Assembly: GCA_047602425.1 (NCBI GenBank)
Contig: JASGHG010000001.1
Coordinates: forward strand, 736,001 to 800,000
Source: Nibricoccus sp.
GTDB lineage: Bacteria; Verrucomicrobiota; Verrucomicrobiia; Opitutales; Opitutaceae
Direction of reading: 5' to 3'
Length of the DNA stretch: 64,000 bases
The position numbers and the translations under genes were made by a program. Positions 29,306 to 39,473 of this stretch are shown here, piece after piece (the stretch's first letter is position 1; the number at the start of each line of letters is the position of its first letter). Under the pieces are notes generated by a model, which worked only from the letters and a program-made list of their open reading frames with translations, did no database searches and was not told where the DNA came from.

Positions 29306-30823
29306 TTAAACCTTGCCGCGTCGCGCCTCCAGTTGCATGCGGATTTCCGCCATTTTTTCCTGCGTGAGCGGAAAGCGCGCGAGCGCAAACATCGAAAAGG
29401 AAAGACCGACAATCGGAATCGCAGCCAGCAGAAGGCGAATCATGAAAATCGTGTGATCGGTCTGCTGAGTCACTTTCGAATCGAAGCCCACCCAGCCGAG
29501 AATGAAAAACGAAACGCCCGCGCCGACGGCCATGCCGACTTTGTTGATCCACGACCCACAGGCGGCAAAGGAACCTTCGCGACGGCGACCGCTTTCCAAT
29601 TCGTCATAGTCCATGACATCAGCGCCGATCGAACCCGAGATCATCCAGTAGCCAGCGCCAATAAAGGCGATAAAACCGGAAGCGAAAACCTGCAACCAGA
29701 CAATCTGCGGCGTATAGAGCCACCACGTGCAAAAGAAGACGGCGATCGCACTTCCCAACACGCAACCCATTGCCTGTTTTTTTCCGAGGTTTCTGGCAAT
29801 ATAGTTGAAAACCGGAATGCCCAGGAAACCCAAAACCATGCCGGAAACGCCCATCCAAAAATTCCAGTAGTTGCCGACGGAATTGTTGCCTTTGCAAACG
29901 TAGTAAATCGTCACCGAAAGGCCAAGCGTGCTCACCATGCTCAGCCCCATGTTGTAACCCATGTCCATAACCTTTTGAATGAGGAACGGACGGCAACGCA
30001 GCGTTTGCCAGAGCGTCTCCTTGATCGACACCTTGTCGCGACGGTTCGCCACCAGCTTCTCATAATAACGTTCGCGCACCAGGGCAACGCAGGTAAAGCC
30101 GCACACCAGCAGCACCAGACCGCAAAGAACCAGATAAACCTGTGCACCTAACAATAGGTTCGGCTTTGTGCCGTCCGGCGCATTGTCCCAAGCGGAAGCC
30201 GTGGTGAAAAGCTGCTTTACCCGTTCGAGAACGTTGCTGCTGTCGGCCCCCACCCAGACAACCTTCGAAAAAAAGGCTCCGAAGAAAAACAAACCAAGTT
30301 CGGGAATTTTCTGAATCGCATTTTTAACCGCGAAGACCGCCGTGCGCTCGTGGTAGTCCGGCGTGAGTTCGTTCGCCAGGCTCTGGTAGGGCATGTTGAA
30401 ACAGCTCACCATCGGCAGGTAAAGCGCCGAAGAAAGCAGCATGAACCAAAAATAACTCATCGATGACCAACCTGGTCCTACCGCCAGCAAAAACGGCAGC
30501 CCGATGCCCGCCAGCAGACAGCCAGCCAGCATGAAGGGGCGGCGGCGGCCCATCCGCGTGCGCGCGTTGTCGGACAGCCAGCCGAACACGGGGTCTGAGA
30601 CCGCATCAAAAACGCGGTTTAGGATAACCGCCCAGCCAATGAGTTTGGGATCAACACCGAGATAGATTCCAAAAATCTGAAATGCGATCGTTGGATAGAG
30701 CCAATGGCCCCACATGTCGAAAAACGTTCCCACGCCGTAACCAAATTTTTGGGAAAACGGAACGCGATCGGCGGGAGCGATCACGTAATCGCGGTTCATT
30801 TGAGATCTACTGAAGAGCTTCAT
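29306..30823 (-). CDS. MFS glycoside-pentoside-hexuronide (GPH) sugar:cation symporter
   Basis: FDAVSDPVFGWLSD..RTRMGRRRPF, PYQSL..ELTPDYHERT, ADVMDYDELESGRRREG. Confidence 0.9.
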   Translation of the reverse strand: MKLFSRSQMNRDYVIAPADRVPFSQKFGYGVGTFFDMWGHWLYPTIAFQIFGIYLGVDPKLIGWAVILNRVFDAVSDPVFGWLSDNARTRMGRRRPFMLAGCLLAGIGLPFLLAVGPGWSSMSYFWFMLLSSALYLPMVSCFNMPYQSLANELTPDYHERTAVFAVKNAIQKIPELGLFFFGAFFSKVVWVGADSSNVLERVKQLFTTASAWDNAPDGTKPNLLLGAQVYLVLCGLVLLVCGFTCVALVRERYYEKLVANRRDKVSIKETLWQTLRCRPFLIQKVMDMGYNMGLSMVSTLGLSVTIYYVCKGNNSVGNYWNFWMGVSGMVLGFLGIPVFNYIARNLGKKQAMGCVLGSAIAVFFCTWWLYTPQIVWLQVFASGFIAFIGAGYWMISGSIGADVMDYDELESGRRREGSFAACGSWINKVGMAVGAGVSFFILGWVGFDSKVTQQTDHTIFMIRLLLAAIPIVGLSFSMFALARFPLTQEKMAEIRMQLEARRGKV

Positions 30824-30864
30824 GGTGGGTGTTTTTTTGGGGGCGGTTGTGGCTGGATTTAAAA

Positions 30865-33342
30865 TCAATACGTATCGACCAGCGAATGCCAGACGAGCGC
30901 ACCGCGCAGTTTGGCGGGCGATTGGGTGCGGGAAAAGTCGACTTCGATGGTCTTGGCTTCGTTCGGATAAAGCTCGAAGAAATTGTCGCTGCTGCGATGA
31001 GGAATGCCCCGCAAATCAAACGCGAAACGGTGTTGCAGCACAGGCGACGTGAACGTGAGCGTAGCGCGGTTCGGCGCGAGCATTTCAACGGTCACAGAAG
31101 TTCGCGCTTTCGGCAGAGCCAGGTAGCGCGGCGGCGCCAAAAACACCGTGTCTTCGCTCACGCGCCGGCCATCCACCTCAAGCGCGATCCGAAGATAAAG
31201 CGAATCGTGGCCATGAGCGGCCAGCGGTGCCTTCAGGTCGAGCGTCTTTTGGCACACGCTTTCTCCAGGCCGCAGCACGACTTTCGCGCTCCCCTTCCGC
31301 AGACATCTGCCGTCGAGGTGAAACAAATCCCAGCGCAACGCGCCTTTTTGTTCCTCCGGCGAATCGCAAACCGTGTACAGGCGCACTTCCCGAACCGTCG
31401 TCTTGCGATAATTTCCAATGGTGTCTGACTCCTCGCCCGGCACGTGCGCACAAACCATCAGTGGCGCAAAAAAGCGCCGGGCCACGTGATGCAGGGCCTT
31501 CCAGCGCCCCGTAAATTCCAGCGAACTCCATGAACTCACCGGCCAGCAGTCGTTGATTTGCCAATACAAAGCACCCATGCAACGCGGCATGTTTCGCCGC
31601 CAGTGCTCGACGCCGGTCTGCATGCAGTCGGCCTGATTGAGCTGCGAAAGATAGATCAACGCATCCTGATCCTTCGGAAACCGATAACGGCGCGAGACGT
31701 AGTCGAGGATCACCTGATTGCCGCCGCGGTTTTTTTGATGGGCCTTCATCGTTGGACCGAAAACGTTCGAGTCTTCCGGCGGGCAAAAAGTGGCCTGCGT
31801 CTCCGTCGAGCTGAAGCTCTGCATCCCAAATTCGGATACAAAACGGAAGGCATGCTTTTCGTAATCTTTCACCGGGTGCCGTCCGTGCCAAACGTCCCAA
31901 TAATGAGTGTCGCCGCGTTGTGTGCCCGCTTCGTGACTGTTATCGACATCGCCGCGCCAGGGCGAACCCGGCCAGTATGCGGTCACGCCATCGTGCTCGG
32001 CCACGACCGAAGGCAGTGCGTTGTGGAAAAGTTTTTCGTAATCGGCCATCGCTTCCGCCGATGCCTTGAGTTCCTCGGCGTTGCAGCCGAACACTTCGTT
32101 ATTACCACACCAAAGAGTCAGGCACGCCCGATGCCGCAAGCGGCGGATCTGGCACTCCGCCTCGGCGCGCACGCTTTCGACAAAGGTCGCATCCGCCGGA
32201 TATCGCGTGCAGGCGAACATGAAGTCCTGCCACACGAGCAATCCCAGTTCGTCGCAGATATCATAAAAATCTTCGCTCTCGTAAATGCCGCCGCCCCACA
32301 CACGCACCATGTTCATGTGCGCCTTTGCCGCGCTCGTCAGGTCGCGTTCGTAGTCGGCGCGTTTCAAACCCGCGACAAAGCAATGCGCCGGAATCCAATT
32401 CGCGCCTTTGGCAAAAATTGGTCTCCCATTCACCACAAATTGGAAGGACTCGCCCCATTGATCGGCATGCCGATCCAATTGAACCGTCCTAAGACCGATG
32501 CGGCGCGACCAATGCCCGATCACCGCACCATCCTGCCGCGCAACCTCGACTTCCAGTCGGTAAAGCGGCTGACGCCCCTGGCCGTTTGGCCACCACAACT
32601 GAGGATATTCGACCAGGATCTTCTCCCCCTGCCCTTCCGCGACCCTGACCGAACCAAGGGACAACCGCCAGCGACAAAGCGCCGCGGCCTCCGGCCGTTC
32701 GAGTTCGGGCTTGAGCGACAGCTCCACGCTTCCGTCAATGCGGTGGTCCTGCGAAATGCACAGTCCTTGCAAACGATTCCCGGTCCACGCCTCCAGGCGA
32801 ATGTCGCGCCAGATGCCGGCGGTGACAAACCGAGGACCCCAATCCCAGCCGAACTGGCATTGTTGCTTGCGAATCACCGTACAGCGGCCCACAGGATCAT
32901 TGAACTCACGGGGTTTGTGGTTTGGCCGTTGGTTGCGGATGTATTTCATCGCACTGCCAAAGCGAATGACGAGTTCGTTGGCGCCTCGCCGGAGCAGGGG
33001 CTTTACCTCCCATCGATGGGCGATGAACATGTTTTCCGTGCGCGCAACTTCTTGGCCGTTCAGGATCACCGTTGCGACCGTGTCGAGCCCGTCAGCCACA
33101 AGTTCAATGTTTCCTTCGGAGCGAAAATCGGCCGGCAGATTGAAACTCGCGCGGTACTCCCAGTCGCGCTCCTCAATCCATTGCAACGTGTTTTCGTTGT
33201 CGGCCCAGAATGGATCAGGGATCAGGCCCTGATCCTTCAGATCGCTGTGTACGCAGCCCGGAACCATGGCGGGGCGCCAGGGCGTGCGCTTGGTCGCGTC
33301 GCGAAATTGCCAACCTGCCGTAGTGAGCGAATATTGGCGCAT
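30865..33342 (-). CDS. Beta-mannosidase, GH2 (no signal peptide seen)
   Basis: RKQQCQFGWDWGP, FAKGANWIP, RVWGGGIYE, WCGNNE, GDTHYW, RFVSEFGMQS, YWQINDCWP. Start MRQYSL at 33342. Confidence 0.92.
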   Translation of the reverse strand: MRQYSLTTAGWQFRDATKRTPWRPAMVPGCVHSDLKDQGLIPDPFWADNENTLQWIEERDWEYRASFNLPADFRSEGNIELVADGLDTVATVILNGQEVARTENMFIAHRWEVKPLLRRGANELVIRFGSAMKYIRNQRPNHKPREFNDPVGRCTVIRKQQCQFGWDWGPRFVTAGIWRDIRLEAWTGNRLQGLCISQDHRIDGSVELSLKPELERPEAAALCRWRLSLGSVRVAEGQGEKILVEYPQLWWPNGQGRQPLYRLEVEVARQDGAVIGHWSRRIGLRTVQLDRHADQWGESFQFVVNGRPIFAKGANWIPAHCFVAGLKRADYERDLTSAAKAHMNMVRVWGGGIYESEDFYDICDELGLLVWQDFMFACTRYPADATFVESVRAEAECQIRRLRHRACLTLWCGNNEVFGCNAEELKASAEAMADYEKLFHNALPSVVAEHDGVTAYWPGSPWRGDVDNSHEAGTQRGDTHYWDVWHGRHPVKDYEKHAFRFVSEFGMQSFSSTETQATFCPPEDSNVFGPTMKAHQKNRGGNQVILDYVSRRYRFPKDQDALIYLSQLNQADCMQTGVEHWRRNMPRCMGALYWQINDCWPVSSWSSLEFTGRWKALHHVARRFFAPLMVCAHVPGEESDTIGNYRKTTVREVRLYTVCDSPEEQKGALRWDLFHLDGRCLRKGSAKVVLRPGESVCQKTLDLKAPLAAHGHDSLYLRIALEVDGRRVSEDTVFLAPPRYLALPKARTSVTVEMLAPNRATLTFTSPVLQHRFAFDLRGIPHRSSDNFFELYPNEAKTIEVDFSRTQSPAKLRGALVWHSLVDTY

Positions 33343-33371
33343 AACGGCGGCGGAGAAGAAATGAAGGCCGC

Positions 33372-34358
33372 TTATTTCAGCGGATTTTCCTTCACGAACT
33401 TGACCACTTCCTCGGCGTTGCAGAAACACAGCGCCGAGACCGTGTCGGCGGCGCCGTAGTAGATCGCAATCCGGCCCGTTGCACTGTCGCAGAGACAGCC
33501 CACCGGGAAACAGACGCCAGGGACAAAACCAGAGAGCTCGTACGGAGCTTCGGGACAGAGCAACGCTTCCTTGCAGCGGGCGATGACTTTCCAAGGTTGT
33601 TCCAGATCGAGCAGCACCGCGCTCATCGAATAGACGAACCCGTTGCACGTGCCCGTGACAGCATGATAGAAAAGCAACCAACCTTCATTCGTTTCGATGG
33701 GCGAAGGACCGGCGCCAATCTTCGTGCCTTGGAACCATGGCCAGCCGCGGCCCATGATGTGGCGGTGTTTGCCCCAATACACCATATCGGGACTTTCGCT
33801 CACAAAGATATCGCCGAATGGCGTGTGGCCCGTATCGCTCGGCCGGCTGAGCATGAGAAATTTGCCGTTGATCTTGCGCGGGAAAAGCACGCCGTTGCGA
33901 TTGTATGGCAGGAACGCGTTTTCAATCTGCTCGAAGTTCACGAAGTCCGTCGTGCGAGCAATGCCGATGGTCGGGCCGTGATAGCCGTTGCACCAAGTGA
34001 TGTAATGCACGCCGTCGACCAAGGTCACGCGCGGGTCGTAGGCATATTCGTGGCGACGCACTTCCGGGTCGTCACATTTGAAATCGATCGGCTTCGGCTC
34101 AAACATCCACTTGATTCCATCGGCGCTGCGTCCCACATGCAGATGGGGTACGCGGTCCATGCCCTCGGTGCGAAAAACGCCAATGAATCCGCCCTGCCAG
34201 GGCACGACCGCGCTGTTGTAGATGCCCGTAACGCGCGGCAGCGGCCGGCGACCGATGACTGGATTCGCATCGTAACGCCAGACGATGTCCGGGTTGCCAG
34301 CGGGTTTTGGCTGCCAGGGAATGTTCGGTAACGCGGGACCGGTGATCTTAAGATTCAT
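33372..34358 (-). CDS. GH130 beta-1,4-mannooligosaccharide phosphorylase (GH130_2-like)
   Basis: IYNSAVVP, YAYDPRV, NAFLPYNRNGVLFPRKI, SRPSDTGHTPFGDI, KIGAGP, IYYGAAD. Confidence 0.88.
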   Translation of the reverse strand: MNLKITGPALPNIPWQPKPAGNPDIVWRYDANPVIGRRPLPRVTGIYNSAVVPWQGGFIGVFRTEGMDRVPHLHVGRSADGIKWMFEPKPIDFKCDDPEVRRHEYAYDPRVTLVDGVHYITWCNGYHGPTIGIARTTDFVNFEQIENAFLPYNRNGVLFPRKINGKFLMLSRPSDTGHTPFGDIFVSESPDMVYWGKHRHIMGRGWPWFQGTKIGAGPSPIETNEGWLLFYHAVTGTCNGFVYSMSAVLLDLEQPWKVIARCKEALLCPEAPYELSGFVPGVCFPVGCLCDSATGRIAIYYGAADTVSALCFCNAEEVVKFVKENPLK

Positions 34359-34563
34359 GTTTTCGTTGAGATTAGGTAAATTCGAGCCGGGTTTTTCGAC
34401 GCGGCAATCGCTTCAACCGCGAGAAGCTCGGCGGCAAAATGGATGCTGGGGCGGGGTCAAAAGCCATGTCAGATTATTCGTTTCGCCCTTCCATGAACAT
34501 GAGAGATCTTCCGTGTGAATTGAGACTAGTTGCCGCCTGTTCCCCGAGGAGGACGGATTGTTT

Positions 34564-35793
34564 TCAGGTTCGCAGAAGCTTATTTGCGCGGATTAGAGCA
34601 AGCCTTTGATCGACGCAGGCGCGGGTGTGCCCGCCGTCCTCCGGAGTGTTCAGGCACCAGTCGACCAGCTTCGCCACCGAGCTTCGAGCAACGTAACAGC
34701 GGGTGTCCGAACCGCCATAATACATCAGCACGGTGTCGTCAGGCTGTCGCACCCAACCATTGGTGAATGTGACATTGGAAACATCGCCCAACCGCTCCGT
34801 GAACCTTGGCGCGATCAAGTGCCCGCCCGGACGTGCGATAACCTCCGACGGATCCTCAAGCGAGGTCATGAACATGTAGATGGTGTAACGCAGTCCCGCC
34901 GCACAGCCACGCACGCCATGCGCAAGATGCAACCAGCCCTGCGGAGTCTTGAGCGGCGCGGGGCCCTGCCCGTTCTTTACCTCCTTGATCGTGTGGTACG
35001 CGCGGGCATCGATGATCGTTTCCGGTCCAGTGACGCCCGTGGCGATGTCGTCGCAAAGCGTCCAGCCAATGCCGCCGCCCGAGCCTACGTCGATAAAGCC
35101 GTCCATCGGCCGCGTGTAGAAGGCATATTTGCCATCGACGAATTCCTCATGGAGCACGACATTCCGCTGCTGGCTGGCCGGTGTCTTCAGGTTCGGCAAG
35201 CGCTCCCATTTCCTGAAATCCTTCGTGCGCACCATGCCCGCCTGCGCCACCGCGGACGACAGATCGCCCGGAGCAGCCTTGGGATCCTTCGACTCGGCGC
35301 AAAACACGCCATAGATCCAGCCGTCTTCGTGAAACGTCACACGCATGTCGTAGAGATTCGTTTCGCCAGGAATCGCCGGAATGTCGCAGGGTTCCTCCCA
35401 AAAACGGAAGTTATCGACGCCATTCGCGCTTTCGGCGATCGCAAAGAAACTTTTCCGATCCGCGCCTTCGACACGCACCACGAGGTGCGCTTTCCCCTTC
35501 CAGAAAAATGCCCCGGGATTGTAGGCGCCGCCCACACCGAGCCGCTCCATGAAAAAGGGATTCGTTTCCGGATTGAAATCGTAGCGCCATTCGAGCGGCA
35601 CGTGATGCGCCGTGACCACCGGGTATTTAAAACGTTCGAACACGCCGTTCTCCCAATCGGGTTCAACCGGGTTTTTGCGTTTGAGAAATTTCTCATGGGC
35701 TGCGCGCACCGCTTTCACACGAGCGTCAAACAAATGGTTCGGCTTCGCTTTCGTCGTGCTTTTCTTTGGAAGGGAGTTCGCTCTCTTTTTCAT
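34564..35793 (-). CDS. GH130 4-O-beta-D-mannosyl-D-glucose phosphorylase (GH130_1-like)
   Basis: PLEWRYDFNPETNPFFMERLG, VRVEGADRKSFFAIAES, YDMR, QQRNVVLH, YHTIKEVKNGQGP, GDVSNV. Confidence 0.9.
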   Translation of the reverse strand: MKKRANSLPKKSTTKAKPNHLFDARVKAVRAAHEKFLKRKNPVEPDWENGVFERFKYPVVTAHHVPLEWRYDFNPETNPFFMERLGVGGAYNPGAFFWKGKAHLVVRVEGADRKSFFAIAESANGVDNFRFWEEPCDIPAIPGETNLYDMRVTFHEDGWIYGVFCAESKDPKAAPGDLSSAVAQAGMVRTKDFRKWERLPNLKTPASQQRNVVLHEEFVDGKYAFYTRPMDGFIDVGSGGGIGWTLCDDIATGVTGPETIIDARAYHTIKEVKNGQGPAPLKTPQGWLHLAHGVRGCAAGLRYTIYMFMTSLEDPSEVIARPGGHLIAPRFTERLGDVSNVTFTNGWVRQPDDTVLMYYGGSDTRCYVARSSVAKLVDWCLNTPEDGGHTRACVDQRLALIRANKLLRT

Positions 35794-35813
35794 AAATCAA
35801 AAATTTTCCTGCC

Positions 35814-37022
35814 TCAGGCGATCAATGCACGCAACCGGCGGCTCGCTTCCAAGCATGCGCGACCATTGTGATATGGGCATTTCCAGAAGCTGACCTTCAG
35901 GTGCTTGTCCAGTACCAGCCCTTCGCGATTCACGCCGCGAAACCATTCGCCGTTCTTCCGGTCGACCAAATGCGTCTCGATAAAATCCCAGCACCGCAAC
36001 GCCGCACGGAGGTATCGCTCGTCGCCAGAAATCGAATACACCGCAAGAAAACCGACCACTGCCTCGGCTTGCGGCCACCATTCTTTTTCAAAATCGATCA
36101 CGCCCGAGGGATTGCCCGCATTGAAAAGCGCGCCGTCCTCGTCCACGCCTTCGGCGAGTGTCGCTTCCGCGATTTTTATCGCCAGGGATTTCAGCCGTTC
36201 AATCCGCTGCCGCTCTCCCAACAACTCCGCTGCTTCCATGAGCAGCCACGCCGCCTCGATGTCGTGACCGTAAGAAACTACGTCCGATTGCGAAACCCAG
36301 TCCTTGGAGAAAAATAATTTCAGGTGCCCGGTTGCAGGTTCGAGTATCCGGTCAAGCATGACGTCCACGAGCGCCGCCTGGGATTGTTTCACCGCGTCAT
36401 CCGGCCATACCCTGAGCAGATTGGTGTAGGCTTCCATCACGTGGAGGTGCGTGTTTTGCGACTTCGGCACGTTCATGTCGGCCTCGCCCAAACGCATATC
36501 CGCAATAGTCCCCCACTCGCGTGAAAATGCTTCCAAATAACCTCCGTGTTCGGCGTCACGGGCGTGTTGTTCGAGCAATTTGAATAACGTAATCGCACGC
36601 TCCAACGGCTCGCGGAGTCCGGTCGCGCGATGGTATTCCGTCAGCGCATAAATCGCGAAGGCCTGCCCGTAAACCTGCTTGCGCGGATTCCGTGGCGTTC
36701 CCTCCGCGGTGATGGACCAGAAAAAGCCGCCGTGCTCATGATCCCAAAAATTCTTGATCAAATCGTCGTGGGCCAACCGGGCCATTTCGAGGAACGAGGG
36801 CTCGCGCAGGTGCAAATACGCCGCTGAGTACGTCCAAAGAATCCGCGAACTCAGCAACGCGCCGCGATCGGCCGTACGATCCACTACCAAGTCGTTGGTG
36901 AGCGAGCCATGAATCGTGCCGGAAGTTCGATTAACCGTGTATTTGATCCAAAATGGCAGGATATTTCCCGCCAGTTCCGCGTCGATGCGGTCGGCGTAGT
37001 TTTTGATTTGGCTTTCGTCCAT
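35814..37022 (-). CDS. Cellobiose 2-epimerase (AGE/CE family)
   Basis: ILPFW, RILWTYS, KQVYGQAFAIY, KSQNTHLHVMEAYT, SYGHDIEAAWL, WWPQAE, WKCPYHNGR. Confidence 0.9.
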   Translation of the reverse strand: MDESQIKNYADRIDAELAGNILPFWIKYTVNRTSGTIHGSLTNDLVVDRTADRGALLSSRILWTYSAAYLHLREPSFLEMARLAHDDLIKNFWDHEHGGFFWSITAEGTPRNPRKQVYGQAFAIYALTEYHRATGLREPLERAITLFKLLEQHARDAEHGGYLEAFSREWGTIADMRLGEADMNVPKSQNTHLHVMEAYTNLLRVWPDDAVKQSQAALVDVMLDRILEPATGHLKLFFSKDWVSQSDVVSYGHDIEAAWLLMEAAELLGERQRIERLKSLAIKIAEATLAEGVDEDGALFNAGNPSGVIDFEKEWWPQAEAVVGFLAVYSISGDERYLRAALRCWDFIETHLVDRKNGEWFRGVNREGLVLDKHLKVSFWKCPYHNGRACLEASRRLRALIA

Positions 37023-37047
37023 GCGGATTATTTTTGGCGAATTGGAC

Positions 37048-39435
37048 TTAACCGAGAATGGCGACCACGTTGGAATTGTCCTTTAACTTATCCGCAGGGA
37101 CAACGCATCCCGCCACAGGCTCGCCGTCGACCGTCAAAGATTTTACTCCGCGACAGACATGGGCCGGATTCCTGACCTCGATCGTGAGATTTTTCCCACG
37201 AAAATTCCGGCGCATCGTGAAGCCCGGCCACTTCTTTGGAATGCAGGGATCGATGCGCAAGCCGTCGATTTCCGGCCGCACGCCGAGCAACCAATGCGTG
37301 GCACTGTAATATGCCCACGAGGCCGTGCCACTCAGCCATGGAACGCGCGAGACGCCTTCGTTGCGGTTGAATTTCGAATACGTCGTCTGGCAATGCACGT
37401 AAGGTTCGATTTCGCGCAGTTCGGCGCGGTCGTTGTACGCCGCCGGCATAAAGGAGCGGTAATATTCGTAGGCGAGATCGCCGTCGCCTTGCATGCACTC
37501 CGCCATGACGCCCCAGCTTTGGGTATGCGAAAAAATGCCGGCGTTTTCCTTGATGCCGGAGTTGAACAATGTGGCTCGCATGACATCGCGGTCGGCTTTG
37601 ATAAATGGCGGCGCGCACAACATCACACCGTAAGGCGTAGCCAGCCGCTCCTTCATCGTGCGCAGGGCGATTTTCGCCTGCTCGGACGTCGCGGCGCCGC
37701 TCATGACCGCCCACACTTGAGTGTTCATGTAGACCTGGCCTTCGGGAAAATTCTTGGTGCCGAAAACAAATCCGTCCTGGCCGATCGCCCAGATGAACCA
37801 TTCGCCATCCCAGCAGACCTTCTGGATTTTTTCATCGAGTTTCGCCAGTTCGGCGCGGGCCCATTTTGCCTCTTCTTTTTGGTTCAGGCGATCCGCAATG
37901 CCGGCATATACGTCGAGTCCCAACCTGACTTGAAACGCCACGAACACGCTTTCGCCGCGGTAGCCGAGGCGGATGCAATCGTTCCAGTCCGCGGAAAGAC
38001 CGCAGGGCAGGCCGTTGCGGCCTGTGCGCTCCAAATTGAATTCCAACGCGCGTCGCAAATGTTTGAATACAGTCGCCTCGCCCCGGTCGGCGTAGGGCAG
38101 CACCTTGTTGTAGAAATCGACGTCACCCGTTTCCGCCACGTACGCCGGAACCGCATTAAAGAACCAAAGGCAGTCGTCGCTGCGATATTCCTCGTCGGGC
38201 GGCGGCGGCTCTTTGCCCGGCTGATGCGAGAACGGTTTAATCACCGGGATCGCGCCGCCATTTGCCAACTGGCCGGTCAGCATCAGTTCGAGACGAGGTT
38301 TCACGCCTTCGCGCAGCAGCGGAATGGCGCCCAGCATATCCTGCACGGTATCGCGGAAGCCAAGACCGTCGCGTTCGCCATTGTAGATCAACGACGCCGA
38401 GCGCGACCACGCAAAGGTGATGAGCGCGTTGTAGGCGTTCCACACGTTGATCATGTGATCCAGCTCCTTGTCGGGTGTATCGATCTGGAGCGATTGAAGC
38501 GGCTTGTGCCAGAGTGCTTTCAATTTCTGGAACTCAGCCTCGCACCGTTTCGGATCTCCAAATTCCGCCGTGGTTTTCCGACCGTGGGTGTCGACGGTCC
38601 CAATACCAAGCATCACGATCAACTCGCGCGTCTCGCCCGGCGCTAGCGTAACGTCAGCCTGTAAAGTGCCGCAGGTGTTGTCGCCTTCGGCCAGGAAGTT
38701 GGAGCATTTACCCTTCGCCACAGCCACCGGCGCGGCATAGCCACCGTAAGTTCCCAAGAAACGCTCGCGCACGGTCTCGACTCCAACCAATGGCGCACCC
38801 CCAAGGGACATCCAGACACGCGCGCAGCCCGTCAGGTCCTTGCCATCGAAATCATAGTGTGGATTGCAGCTGATGCCCAGGATGCCGTCTTCAAGTGAAG
38901 CGCGTGTGATGAATTGCGAGTACTGCAGGTTGATCAAATCCTGGAAAGTGCTCCAAAGGTTCGCGAATTCGCAGTAGGTAAAAATCGAGAGCTTGCGCGA
39001 ACGGCCCGTATTATTCGTGACCTTTAGTCTCCAGTATTCGAACGTCTGCCCGACCGGTACAAAATAGGTGCTTTCGGTTTCGATCCCCTCGTACGCCGAG
39101 GTGATAATCGAATAAGCCGTGCCGTGCCGGCAGGTACTCTTGTACTTGTCGAGTGGTTTTCCAACCGGTTGCCAGGAGGAACTCCAGAAATCGCCGCTGT
39201 CGTTGTCCCGCAGGTAAAAATACCGTCCTGGCTGGTCCAGCGGGATGCTGTTGAAACGCATCCGCAGGAAGCGTCCCGTGGCTCCGCTCTTGTAGAACGA
39301 GTACCCGCCTGCATTGTTCGTGATGATCGCGCCATACTCGGTCGAGCCGAGGTAGTTGCTCCACGGACGCGGTGTGTCCGGGCGCGTGATGACGTATTCG
39401 CGGGCTTGGTCGTCGAAAAATCCGTAGTTTGCCAT
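37048..39435 (-). CDS. GH94 glycoside phosphorylase (cellodextrin/cellobiose/chitobiose phosphorylase family)
   Basis: YGFFDDQAREYVITRPDTP, GFRDTVQD, ADWNDC catalytic motif, KENAGIFSH, WLSGTA. Confidence 0.9.
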   Translation of the reverse strand: MANYGFFDDQAREYVITRPDTPRPWSNYLGSTEYGAIITNNAGGYSFYKSGATGRFLRMRFNSIPLDQPGRYFYLRDNDSGDFWSSSWQPVGKPLDKYKSTCRHGTAYSIITSAYEGIETESTYFVPVGQTFEYWRLKVTNNTGRSRKLSIFTYCEFANLWSTFQDLINLQYSQFITRASLEDGILGISCNPHYDFDGKDLTGCARVWMSLGGAPLVGVETVRERFLGTYGGYAAPVAVAKGKCSNFLAEGDNTCGTLQADVTLAPGETRELIVMLGIGTVDTHGRKTTAEFGDPKRCEAEFQKLKALWHKPLQSLQIDTPDKELDHMINVWNAYNALITFAWSRSASLIYNGERDGLGFRDTVQDMLGAIPLLREGVKPRLELMLTGQLANGGAIPVIKPFSHQPGKEPPPPDEEYRSDDCLWFFNAVPAYVAETGDVDFYNKVLPYADRGEATVFKHLRRALEFNLERTGRNGLPCGLSADWNDCIRLGYRGESVFVAFQVRLGLDVYAGIADRLNQKEEAKWARAELAKLDEKIQKVCWDGEWFIWAIGQDGFVFGTKNFPEGQVYMNTQVWAVMSGAATSEQAKIALRTMKERLATPYGVMLCAPPFIKADRDVMRATLFNSGIKENAGIFSHTQSWGVMAECMQGDGDLAYEYYRSFMPAAYNDRAELREIEPYVHCQTTYSKFNRNEGVSRVPWLSGTASWAYYSATHWLLGVRPEIDGLRIDPCIPKKWPGFTMRRNFRGKNLTIEVRNPAHVCRGVKSLTVDGEPVAGCVVPADKLKDNSNVVAILG

Positions 39436-39473
39436 GTGTAAATCCTGCTGGAGGGAAATGCGTGCTGAAAAGG

